From contig NC_043012.1 in assembly GCF_006345805.1 (NCBI RefSeq), positions 39,432,001 to 39,496,000 on the forward strand: a DNA stretch of 64,000 nt. The letters are read 5' to 3'. Made by a program: the position numbers and the translations under genes. Every line of letters begins with the position of its first letter. The first letter of the stretch is position 1. The notes below the pieces were generated by a model. That model did not search any database and was not told the origin of the DNA. It saw only the letters and a program-made list of their open reading frames with translations. The DNA is from Octopus sinensis (lineage: Eukaryota). Below, piece by piece: positions 12,961 through 25,809 of the stretch.

Positions 12961-13744
12961 ATCTTTAGAGGATCAAGTGATTAAACTCTGGCTTGCTACA
13001 AAGCACATGAAAGATTCGGAAGGGTTCCCAACATACATGCCTGACAAAAATACTGATCACCTATCTTGCAACAAGAATACTACCTACGTATCTAAAACTA
13101 ATATCTGTGTGTATGTGTGTGTGTGTGTGTGTGAATTTATGCGTAATAATATAGATTACACTATTGCACACTGAACGGATGTATGCTCAATACACTTGCA
13201 TTCCCTTCGTCCCAATCGCTAACATTGAAATATATATTTCCCTTCAATTGCTTAACAACCACATCCAATGTTTGCTAACTTGAGACTTAGCAGCGTACCT
13301 CTAACCTACTCCTCTTTCGCAAGACTGGGTGGAAATTATGACTAATGAAGGTTTTTACTTTCCACTTATATTTCTGTTTGTTCCATCTGTTAGTTGTTTT
13401 TATCGTGTGCCATTCCTTTGTCACAAATGGTAAACTCTCCCTCTCACTCACGCGCACGCGCATACTCACGCGCACACGTTTCTTTGACAACAATGCATGT
13501 CTTCTGTTATAACTGCTTAGTTCATGATACCTGCTGAGTAGAATCTGAACTTATTTCGTAGACGTTACATGGATTGAATCAAAGGTTCACCACTGCATTA
13601 ATCTCCCGATGGAAGATGCAGAAAGGTTCAATGCACACGAAATTTTGAAGTGATCCTTAATTTCTTTTTTCTTTGTAAAAGTTACTAAATACTGTTCCCT
13701 ACATAAAATGTTGAATAATCATTCCACTCAATGTTTAACTGGTA

Positions 13745-14020
13745 GAAGACGCTTGTTCAAGGTGCCACGCAGTGGGACGGAAGCCAGAACCGTGGGCCTG
13801 GAAAACAAACTTCTTACTACATACCAACACCAGCGCCTACACACATACATACAGGCACAAGCGCGCACACACGCACGCACACATAGATGCATATGACAGG
13901 CTTCTTTGAGTTTACTGTTACCGAGTCCTCTCGCATAGTTTTCATCGGCCCGGCTAATAGTGGAAGCCATTTTCTCAAGGTGTCACACAGTGGGACTGAA
14001 CCCAAAACTGTGCGGTTAAC
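13745..14020 (-). mobile_element. Two tandem 5'-portion fragments of SINE family A
   Basis: CAAGGTGCCACGCAGTGGGAC and CAAGGTGTCACACAGTGGGACTGAACCC. Confidence 0.75.
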
Positions 14021-14217
14021 ACAGTCAAGCTTGCACTTCGAATTACGTATGCGTAATACATCATAATTTTCTACATATCGCCTATGCGCACTTCACATTT
14101 GTATATTATATGTGATGTGTGCGTACCCATCCACGTATAGAAACACCTATATGTATATATGTGTGCATATATATATATACATGTGTGTGTGTATGTGTGT
14201 TTGTGTGTGCGTGCACG

Positions 14218-14281
<64 letters not shown>

Positions 14282-14309
14282 GTGTGTGTGTGTGTGTGTG
14301 TGTGTGTTA

Positions 14310-15172
14310 GCCTGTATGGCATTGCATCGCCTCTAGTTTCGCAATTACTTTTACGCCCTGTGGTGACCAAAGTTGGGAGCAGTAATCTAGACGACTGAGG
14401 ACAACGGTTCTCCAAAGCAGAAGCATTGTGTCCCGAATGATCTAGAGATCCAACCTGCCACCCTCCTGCATAATGTTGCCATCTGAGCAACTTGCACATG
14501 AAAAGTTGCGTCGTTGCTCATATGGAGTCCCAGGTCGCGCATCGACCCTAAATCTGGGATTACATGCTCTGCTTGTCCGATGTACTTCGGTTTGTTTATG
14601 GGCTAATAGCGGAATGCTTGAAATTATGCGGTATTGAACTGCCTATTATTCTTCTCAGCCCACTTATATTGCGTTCAGGGCATTGAGCAGTCTTACGGTG
14701 CCAATAGGATCCTCGACCGCCTGCAATTCATTTGTATCGTCGGCGTAGCTAGTGAGTGTGGCTGACTCTATGGTTGAGGGCATATCCGAGAGGGCAACAA
14801 CAGAGAGTAGTAGTCCAAGTACGGGGTGGGGTGGACTCAGCTAAGGATTGGTGACACTTCGAAGAGAGCCTCATTTGCTGTGACAGCCTGACATCTGCTC
14901 TTCCGGAACTCATGCAGTCACTCTCCCAGACGACGAGTGATACTGAGGTCAGGCAATTTGTCAGATATCATCCTGTGATCAATTTTGTCAACGGCCGTGG
15001 CAAAGTCGAGATATATTACATCCACGTTTGAATGGTTGAACAGTTGTTCTAGAACCTGATCGAAGTGGTGTAGTAGCTGTGTTAAGCAGTTCCTTCCAGG
15101 ACGGAAGCTATGTTCCGTGTCTGTAAGCAAGTCATTTTCTTCTAGGAACATGGTCAGTCTTTTTCTGACAAT
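14310..15172 (-). pseudogene. CR1-group LINE reverse transcriptase remnant
   Basis: IVRKRLTMFLEENDLLTDTEHSFRPGRNCLTQLL..DVIYLDFATAVDKIDH; downstream frame VLGLLLSVVALSDMP...LTSYADDTN (YADD motif). Confidence 0.85.
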
Positions 15173-15180
15173 GCGTGTAT

Positions 15181-15223
<43 letters not shown>

Positions 15224-15590
15224 GTGTGTGTGTGTGTGTGGTGTGTGTGTGTTGTGTGTGTGTGTGTGTGTATGTATATATATATATATATTTGTGTGTG
15301 TGTATGTATGTGAATACATCTATATGCGTATCCTTATTACTTGCATGTATGTATATAAAGTAACGATTATTTGCCAACCTAATGTGGCGTTTCCGTTTAC
15401 GGGCGAATGATACTGTTGTTTAGGTAGGAAAAAGTAGCATTCGCCCCTAAATGGAACTGCCACATTAGGTTGGTAAATAATCGTTACACTATGTATATAT
15501 AAATATATGTATATATATAAATATGTATGTGTATATATGTATATATGTGTATGTGTATATGTGTATGTATATATATGTATGTATATATAT

Positions 15591-15624
<34 letters not shown>

Positions 15625-15722
15625 ATATAATAGATAAATAAAATATATGCATATATACATACATATATGTACATACTTACATCTACATGTATATATACAT
15701 GCATACATATATATATATATAT

Positions 15723-15890
15723 GAGTACAGGACACCACAAATAAACGTAGAACACAACGAGAGACGAGAACATAAAATCAAGCAAGGAAACGGACTTTTT
15801 TTAAACAACGAAAAAACAGAGTACAGGACAAACAATTCAAGGAAAATTCCCCTTCATCAGTTGTCCCTGGTTCGACTCTCTTCTCCAAGT
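15723..15890 (-). mobile_element. Hammerhead-bearing short repeat (motif at 15826-15866) inside (TA)n
   Basis: Minus: GGACAA-CTGATGA-AGGGG..CCTT-GAAT..TTGTCC. Stem I GGACAA/TTGTCC is perfect; the GAAA side is degenerate. Direct repeat GAGTACAGGACA at 15723 and 15819. Confidence 0.55.
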
Positions 15891-15919
15891 TTATATATAT
15901 ATATTATATTATATATATA

Positions 15920-16027
<108 letters not shown>

Positions 16028-16052
16028 TATATTTATATATGCATGTATATAT

Positions 16053-16612
16053 GTTCCGGTCAGGTCACTTTCGAGTGCTACTGGTAACATGTAACCCAGT
16101 ACAACCTGTTGCATGGTCGGGTCGTCGGCGACTAAACCGGCAACCCCGCCAAGCTTGCTTGATGAGGAGAGTGTTTATTGGACACCCTGCGGGATGAAAA
16201 ACAAAACCCGTCAAAGGGTGGAGGAACTCTTGAGAGTCAACGTCCATCCAATAAATGTCTTAAGGATGTATCATGTGCGGGGAGATAGAAATAATCGGAC
16301 TGAATACCCGATCGCGCGGTTAAACCATTGGGAGTGAAGGACTCCTAGCCTTTGTTAGGGCATCCTTCTAGAGGAAGGTAACTGAGGTAACTGAGATAAC
16401 TCCGACATAAATCCTGCAGCTCAGTGGTTACCGATGATGTTGACTTGCTCTTCTTTTCGGATTATGGCTGCTGTTGCTTAGTGAGTGGGATTGACTCAGT
16501 GCACAGCGTTTCCTCACTTAAAAAAAGATCTTCTTGCACAGGCATTGCACGATAACAACATTGATTGAGCTTCGTGCAATGGCCATACTTGATAACGATG
16601 GGGCAGCCACTG
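16053..16612 (+). mobile_element. RTE-like 5'-UTR module (non-autonomous) inserted in a TA-rich array
   Basis: GC-richer island containing GTTAGGGCATCCTTCTAGAGGAAGGTAACT, which resembles the conserved RTE 5'-UTR/Ceph-domain motif; no RT ORF. Confidence 0.55.
16058..16140 (+). ncRNA. HDV-like ribozyme fold (partly degenerate)
   Basis: P1 GGTCAGG/CATGGTC, P2 CCAGT/ACCGG, P3 CAA/TTG, P1.1 CC/GG, P4 TCG-TCGG-CGA, J4/2 CTAA, all in the correct order. UUCG hairpin in J1/2. Confidence 0.55.
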
Positions 16613-16669
16613 TGTATGTACATATAAATATGTATGTATATGTACATATGTATATATGTATAATACTCA

Positions 16670-16707
<38 letters not shown>

Positions 16708-19028
16708 TATATGTAAATATGTGTATATGTATGTATATATATATATATGTGTGTGTGTGTGTGCGTGTAAATAGGAATGTATATGTATATATGCAAAGAC
16801 ATGGTGTATTTAGTGTTTTCGTAATGTAACTGAAATCGCATAATCGCACACATCATTTATCTGAAAATAAGCAGCGTGTTTAAGACGTAAATAAAACCTC
16901 TTTCGAACTAATATTGAAGTTCGTTCACATTTAAACAAGATACACACAGGGGTTTACACTTTTGAATTAGCTGCAGGTTATACAGACTACTTCATTGGTC
17001 TCTGTCGCTGACACTTGGTATTTCAAACGATATATTTTAGTCAGTTTCATGTTGCAGTCTAATTAGAGGATGTTTTAATATCAGTGCAGTATTTATCATA
17101 TGTTTGTCTGCTACTGGTAAATTCCATTTACCAAAGTAGCGTTGATAGCAAACAAGAATATGGAAAAGAAAAAAAAAAGAAAAAGAAAAATGGGAAGCAG
17201 ATTAAGAGCTTGTTGAGTTAATTTAAATTCACACACGCTATGAAATCGCACTGGTGTGAATGATTTAAACTTTTGAAATTAATGGGTAGTAAATCTTTTT
17301 CTGTGACGGAGCAAATAGTTAAGTACAGAAGATTGTGAACTCCCTAGGTTGTTGTTGCTGTTGTTGTTGTTGTTATTCCTTTTTATTGGTTATTTCTAAG
17401 TTCAAGTTCACTGCGGGGATATGACTATATTCTTCTTCATCTGTTACCTATTTCTGCATAATTATATATTATCAAACTTCATTTTCCCCGCTTCATTATA
17501 ATATTTATCAAATGGCTACAAGATAGCAATGCACTGAGCACAAGTACACACACACACACACACACACATTCATACACGCGCTCTCACACACACACACGCA
17601 CACACACACTCATACACGCGCTCACGTGTGTGACACTGAGGAGCACATGTATCTCATTTACTCACGCTTTTTCTCTACGTCCTGCATCTTTCTTTCTTTC
17701 TTTCTGTCTAATCTTCGGAAGAGCTCAACACATTCAAAAGCACTTCTTCTTAATCTCTCATTGGCTCTCAAACTAATAATTCTACACCATTTTCACTTTG
17801 CTCTAATTGTTATTCTCGTCATTAATTTAGATTTTTTTACAGCTTCTATACTCCTGGTTCCAAACAACCAATAGTATAGAACGAACATATGCATACTTAT
17901 TTAACATTTAGCGAAGTTTTGTCATATTTTCATTTACATTGCTTCCTCTGATATACGTAAAGTAGATATAATTATAGACAAGTTGTTAAAAGCACAAATA
18001 TGCAAATTAGTCGATTCACTACGGTACTAGCTTAATTTATGGCCGCAGTTTATGTTGTTGGTCGTGGAAGGGATCGAGGCGTATCTTCTCTGAGGTGTGA
18101 TCAAAACAGGAAGCATTTGCCTTCTTGTTTCCGCACATGGCAATGGAGAAAGATCGTGTTTACATTTTTATTGAACCCGAAGTGAGATTTTGTTATATAA
18201 ACATGTATTTCAATTCTTCAGATTTACGCTTTTGTGCCTAAAATGTTCCTTAATTGTGAGACATCAAAAGAACAAATACGAAAGTTTGTTCTATGTAGCA
18301 CAGGGCTAGCCTAATTTATGACTACATTATAAAAGAACTGATCTTGGCTACTTTATGGGGAGGACGCTTTGCTGAGAAATAGCCATCAAATTGTGAAATG
18401 TTCCGTGACGAAACTCATCACTATTTGTTGTCTTACCTGAAGAGTATATGCTTATATTCTATAGCAAGGTATTTTAATGTTTATATATGTGAATTTATTT
18501 TGTTAATTCCGGTTTACCAAACCTCGAGGAATTGCAATTAAACTTAAAAGTACTCTATATATCAAACAGTAGATATATTTAAGATGATGTACACAAAACT
18601 ATTCATGTTTCCCTCACTTGAAATTCATCTGGGAGTCTTTCCAATTCAACAGCGAGCATCATACTATAAGACGCTATATCTCGAGGCATTAAACTAGACA
18701 CTACAAATAGTGATTATCTCAGAACGATTTTATCTCTTGTTCCTTTCTTCTAGATCTTCCCCCCAAATAAATTTCTACCAATCATCTGCACGATAATGCT
18801 ACTTTGTTTTAATATACACATCGAACAGACACTTCCATTAGTTATTATAGTCAGCAAATTTACTCAAGCAACGTCTCTCCTGCGTTCTAAGTATATTGTT
18901 TACAATATTCTTGAGTGATAATGGTGGGTAGAGCTGATTAACGTGTTCCTTACTTGAGCTCTATTCCGGAAAATCCCATTCAGATCAATTTAGCACAGAC
19001 ACACAGATGCACATACACACACACACAC

Positions 19029-19138
<110 letters not shown>

Positions 19139-19429
19139 CAAAACAATAAGAGAGAATCCACTATGTGACGCTCTAACGCTAGATATAGATCCGCAAAGGG
19201 AATCCACCACCAAGGAATTGTTCTCAAGAATTAATTCAACACGCCAAGAACGTAAGCGAGCAGGACAAATGAAAAATAACGAAAAAATAGATTAACTCGA
19301 TACAATTGTTTCATCATTAATAAATTATGTAATTTTACTTACTTAAGTATTTTCGAATCGTCCGTAGAGTATATCAAAATATAATTTGTCGAACCGCACG
19401 GCAAAATCCACACGAGGTTGAACAGGTTG

Positions 19430-19433
19430 ATTT

Positions 19434-19482
<49 letters not shown>

Positions 19483-19525
19483 TATATATATATACATTAT
19501 ATGTATGTATACACATATATATACA

Positions 19526-19565
<40 letters not shown>

Positions 19566-19604
19566 CATATAATATATTATATATATATATATATATATAT
19601 ACAA

Positions 19605-19638
<34 letters not shown>

Positions 19639-19677
19639 CATATATATATACATATATACATATATATATATATACAT

Positions 19678-19768
<91 letters not shown>

Positions 19769-19860
19769 CATATGAATGCCTATATATATACATATATGTA
19801 TACATACATATAGTATATGTTTATATATATATAATATATAATATATACATATATATAAAG
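19430..19860. repeat. Compound (TA)n/(CA)n microsatellite
   Basis: Visible low-complexity array. Confidence 0.95.
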
Positions 19861-20079
19861 TGAATAACATAATGGATGAATAAAACGTGTTAAATGGAAG
19901 TCTAATTATTTGATATGAAGATGATCTACTTTTTCGCAGTAATCATTTTAACATATCAAGAACCTGGCTCAGACAGATTCTAAACCATTATTAAAAGAAT
20001 TTTGAACCACTTTTCTCTTAACGTTAAACGTCTAGCAGCTCATTGAAAAGATAATGGAAGAGAGGCACGGTTCCCAACT

Positions 20080-20800
20080 TGCTGCTGGAAAACGCAATAT
20101 TGCGATCTGATGATTGAGGCAGTAGTAATCCAAGATGTCCTCCAGTTTTTTTTTCAGTCCAATTTTGAATAATATTAGCTGTATAAATTGACGCATTATT
20201 GTCCTAGAATATTGCACTATGATCGGAGAACAATATTTGCATCATAAGGTGGATATCCATAGACAAACCACTCAGATAATCCTTGGTGATAACTTTTCTA
20301 TGAGGGACAGCTGAAAGGCCAAGAGAGTAAAATGGTTGTTAGATCATTACGAGTCACCTCCATGCTTCATGGCCGTGTTCCAAACAGCCAAGATTGATTA
20401 CATCTTTGAACTTTTCTCAGACACAAACTCACTCTCAAGTCGGGAAAAAGTATAAATGATGTTTCACTAGAGAAGATAACATTGGTCCATTGAATACTTC
20501 TGATAGTCGAGGCACTAATTATCCGCTTTCAATGTTGATGGGTAGTAGAGAAGGTTTAGCAAATGAAGTCATCCCACGGTATCCTGGTTCATGGAGCTCA
20601 TGACCAACGGTTTTGGAGGACACAGGATTGATACGGTGGTAGTTCAGCTCTGTTGTCACATTTGCTGTCGTAGTTTGGTGGGGTTTTTATTTTGAGACAC
20701 AATACTTTACATTATTCTGCGGTCCTTCTCTGGCCTCTTTGGCTTCCATCCAGAATTATGCTTACCAAAGCTGTTTTATCTTCGTTTTGGAATGCGAACA
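20080..20800 (-). pseudogene. Tc1-like transposase remnant
   Basis: Frameshifted motifs ELHEPGYRG..AKP, NVIFSSETSFILF, MKHGGDS, F*DNNASIYTA and PQSSDRNI match decayed Tc1 DDE motifs. Confidence 0.7.
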
Positions 20801-21104
20801 TGATTTTAGTGATTATAACTCTCAAAACATTAAACAATTCAGCAGTTTTTATTGACTGAAGCACCAGCCATCCGTGCTCCAACAGTTTGCTCTCTTTAGA
20901 AATCAGATACGCATTTCAACTTATATAAATGTAAATATCTGCAACAAAAGAAAATAGAAGTTTATATCATGAAGTGCAAAGCATACATAATGCATATGAA
21001 CATATATATACAGACTGGAACAGTTGTGAATTTGCAGTATTGCCAATAGAAAAAAGTAGTTAAATACAGTGGAGTTACTGATGTTTTGTCCAACCCTTGT
21101 ATAT

Positions 21105-21447
21105 ATCTTTTATCCTCTACTACCCTCAGTCATTAGACTGCGACCATTCTGGGGCACCACCTTGAAGAACGAATCATCCTCAGGACTTATTTTATCGGTC
21201 TTAGGCCTAACCGATATGTTACGGCGAAGTAATCGCACCAACACCGGTTGCCAAGCAGTGGTGCAGGACACACACAGAGTCACACACACACATATGACGA
21301 ATTTCTTTCAGTTTCTGTGTATCAGATCCAATTATAGGGCTTTGGTCGACCCGAGGCTATAGTAGAAGACATATGCACAAGGTGACACGCAGTGAGACTG
21401 AACCCGGAACTACGTGGTTGGGCAGCCAGCTTCTTACCGCACAGCCC
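21105..21447 (-). mobile_element. SINE family A, diverged copy
   Basis: CAGTCATTAGACTGCGACCAT...CAAGGTGACACGCAGTGAGACTGAACCCGGAAC. Confidence 0.85.
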
Positions 21448-21559
21448 TTATATATGATTCTTGTCTTTTCCTCCTGTTTAAAACGAATCATTTTTTCTCT
21501 CATCTTTCGCGTAATACCGTGAGAAGTGATTTCTCCGTGTCGTGTCGAAAGAGTACCAC

Positions 21560-21597
<38 letters not shown>

Positions 21598-22069
21598 CGT
21601 TACTGCGTGACTTGTGTTAGGTTTTAGCAGTGTTCTGATTCACTCGCATGATGTACGTCTATCACTTCACATATCCAGTATCACTGGTACAGCTAGAGGA
21701 ATAGTACCATAGAATGTTAAGTAGGACAAATTTAAGGGCACCAAAATTATGCTAATTCTAGTCTCAATGGCTGATGAGATTTCTTTATATATTTGTCATT
21801 TGTATACTTTAGTAAAAAAAGAAAGATGAAGTAATCAGACTGAGATATGACTACGATCAGACATCTTGAGGAAAACCGTCGACCATTTCTTTAAGAATAT
21901 CATCTTTAAGAATTGGGTGCCAAGATGGATAACTTAACCACGAAAGGTATATCCCTTCCATCTCATCCACTACTTGTTCAGGACATCAAACTAGACATGT
22001 TCAGGTACGACGTCAATGGTTTCAGGCTCTTTTTCCCAAAACCGAACCCCCTCATTGGCAAACTCGCAC

Positions 22070-22199
<130 letters not shown>

Positions 22200-23974
22200 G
22201 TCTGAGCGTGTGTGCGCGTGTATTTATGCATATGTGTCGGCGTATGTATTTATGTCTATATATGTGTGTATATGTGTGTGTATATCTATGTGTATGTACA
22301 ATGCTAAAATAAAAATGTAATTCTTAAACGTCTTCTGGCCATTTTGCACAGCATATGTAAGGAAACTGACTGTCATTTTGGCCCATTCATTTACACACTT
22401 GCAAATCACTGGTATCTTCTACGAATTTCTACAATTTCTGTATTTCATTATCGTTTGCTCCTCTTTTTATAAAAGGGTTTCTTACTACATGCCCACTAAA
22501 TGCATTTCCTGATTTACATTTTCCAAAAATAGGAAACTACGATTCGGAAAAATATCTATAATATTATTAGCATTCTATTCCTTATAAGGTTCTTTCCTTC
22601 ATTAATGCTTACTTTTTTTTCATAACAGGACCCTCATAAAGCATTCTTTTTCATGTGGGTTCATCACAAATAATCACAACCTTCTCAATAATAAAATCTT
22701 CCATTCCTGCTCCGTTTCTGTCATTTCTCAATAATATTACCATTCTATTATAAATTTCCATATTTCTCCTTCATTAATATTTGTTTTTGTCTTTATTTCT
22801 TTTTCTTAACAGGTCCTTATACAACATTTTCAGCCAACTCCATTATCAATAATCACAGCCTCAGTATTGAAACTTTCTCTCTCAGGTCTGTTAATATCAT
22901 TTCTTAATGACATTCCTTTAATATTTCTTTCTTTTGCACTTACGTTTCATTGCTTTCTGTCTCTAAATGCACGATCTCATTATATTTATGGTCCCTCAGC
23001 GAACAATTCTCTTGCTCGTTTTCAGGCAATAAACTCACATACGCAAATATACTTTCAATATTCATTCACCGATTTTATTTTATGATTTGCATCTTGAAAA
23101 AAAAATGTAGTTTCATGCTCAGTAATGTGTAGTTTTTCAGTTCTGTCGCTAATTATAGCATCTTGCCATTTTTTTTTCCTTAAAACTATCTTGGTCTGTT
23201 TGTAATTCAGCATGCTCTTCTTTCCTTGTTGCCCTCTTTCTGTTTAGCTTGCTCTCTTTTTCTCTTGCTCTCCTACTCACAGTTTTTCTCTTATAAACTC
23301 TCATATGTAAATTTACTTTTATTCTACGATCGTGGATTTAATTATCTAATTTACATATTTCAAAACGAGGACAGTACTATTCCGCAAATATACAATATCT
23401 TTCACAAATTCATACTCTTATTTTACCCACCTAAAACCTTTTCATTTAATACGCTCCATATATTTCTATATTTTAAACATTAGAAATCCACATTTTGCCA
23501 AAACAAAAAACAGTGCCCTCTTTCTTTTATTCCATGTTGCCATATTCATAGAGGCACAACCCTCCAGCAGATAAATTCTTTCACTAGTGAATGCACACAT
23601 CATATTCATTAATCGGTAACAGTCGAAAACACGACGACTACATGATGTATAGATTAACTATGTACTATACTTATATAAATTAAGTCTACATATGTTATAT
23701 TTACAATAGTGTGTTTGCAATGGGGAGGTACCCTACTAGTGCTCTTGTAATATCCAGGTTCTGGCTAACCAAATCAATTGATATAGAACAACGGGAATTT
23801 GTTCAATGATATCAATGCCGTAAAAACAGGTGTCGGACAGAGATTTAAAATAAATGTATTGTATATGGTATAAAAGACATTGTTATGAGGATATATTATA
23901 TTCCTCTCTTGTTATGTCTTATTTTTAATGTCTTAATATATATATATATATTATATGTATGTGTGTGTGTGTGT

Positions 23975-24033
<59 letters not shown>

Positions 24034-24036
24034 TAA

Positions 24037-24216
24037 TGTTGTAATCCAACGTCGGATTGGTTTAAGTTCCACTCTGGTATAGCAGTATAGTTAGTTAAAC
24101 AAAGACACGACTATCTATGACTGACTTGGTCGGCTTCTGGACGACACGACTTCCAAACTCACAGCATACGGTTCCTCACATGTGAGGGGTGTTCTCTTAT
24201 TATTATTCCTATAACA
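24037..24216 (-). mobile_element. 3' LTR (180 bp) of the Gypsy element
   Basis: Minus strand reads TGTTATAG...TTACAACA (TG..CA ends with short inverted termini), immediately preceded by the purine-rich AAAGGAGTGA (PPT) downstream of the integrase. Confidence 0.7.
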
Positions 24217-24299
24217 TCACTCCTTTGAAGTTTCATTTTTTTGCTCAGTGAGTGTAATTTTAGTGTTTTTTATTCACAATAATTTTTACATCAGCCCAC

Positions 24300-25748
24300 C
24301 TTCTTTTGAGATTTTTTTTTCATATGGTTAAAAACTAAACATTTTTTTCGTTTGTCATCCACATCCAGGAACTCCGTACATTTATTATTTGTTTTTTGCT
24401 TGTACCTCTGGGTTCAATTATTTGTAGCGACCTTGGTACTTAAAACGTATCATATAACCATTCCATTGGTTCTTCCATTCTCTTGGGTTCGCTCTCAACG
24501 AATCTTGTTTTTTAGTTGATTTATGTGTCTCTTATATATACATTTTCTTCCTTTTACCAAGTATATAATTTTTTCCTATGCCTTTGGCAATCACGCTGTC
24601 TTCCCAACTTTGCTTTCCGTTTTTATATACCCAAACAAATGCATTTTTACCAATTTTGAAAAATCTTGCTATATTATCCATTGCACTTTTTCTTTTCTTA
24701 CGAGGAAGTAACTTGTCGAAGACTGATTCTATTCTCCTCGCAAACATCAGTTCCACTGGTGACATTCCTGATGATGTGTTTGGATTTGGTGTCACTCGAT
24801 ATACTCTTCGGAATTGTCGTAGAGCTACTTCATCCGTCACTTCGTTATTCCACTTTCTCGGGGCTGTCTTCAACGTATCAACAAAGCGTTCTACTTGTCC
24901 GTTAGATGTGGGATGCTATGACGCGGTAGTTCCATGTTCCACGGCTAACATTTTACAAAACATTTTAAACTCAAAAGACGCAAATTGCGTTCCATTATCA
25001 GATACTATAATGCCTGGGATACCAAATTTCGCAAACAGCTCATGTAGAAAGTTAGTCGTAGTTAAGGAGGCTGGTTTTTTACACTTAGAAATTTCTGGCC
25101 ATTTAGAGAAACCATCAACTACCACTAAATGGTAAGAACCGATTAAGGGGCCAACGAAATCAATGTGCAGTCTCGACCACAGAACATCTACTTTTGATCA
25201 AGGTTCACCTTTTGCTGCTAGAGACATCCTATGCAGGCTGTCACTAAATTTTCAATTCCTCTTTCCATTTTTGGCCAGTAAACGTAGCTACGCATTAAAG
25301 ATTTCATCCTCGAAATACCAGGGTGTCCAACATGGAATTTCCTCAACACTTTTTTGCAGTGTTTCAGGCATTACTACTACTCTCTGTGCATACATCAGTA
25401 CAGTATCACAAATTGAGTATAAGTTCATGTCTTAATTTCGTTTCGCACCAATCCTGTCCCTATTTATTTTCCCTGTCCACAGCATTCTTTTCATTTCAGC
25501 TATAAACTTGTCCTTTTCCGCATTTCGTTTTGTCTTCTAGAGTCGCCGGTATTTCGCGTACCCCATTCCACATTACATTTATTTCTCTTCCTGATCTTAT
25601 GCCGCAATTACCTTATCTTCGAATGACTCGCAGTGTTTTGGTATCAGTCTAGACAAAACACTCACATACACTAGTTTCTTGGACGCTGAATATTCCATTT
25701 TGAAATCCTAATTCATTAACGTAGTAACCCATCGCTGTAGTCTATTAG

Positions 25749-25809
<61 letters not shown>

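Noticed and set aside
22820-22870. Actin-like motif AVIIDNG on the minus strand
   Set aside because: Followed by a stop, with no further actin similarity
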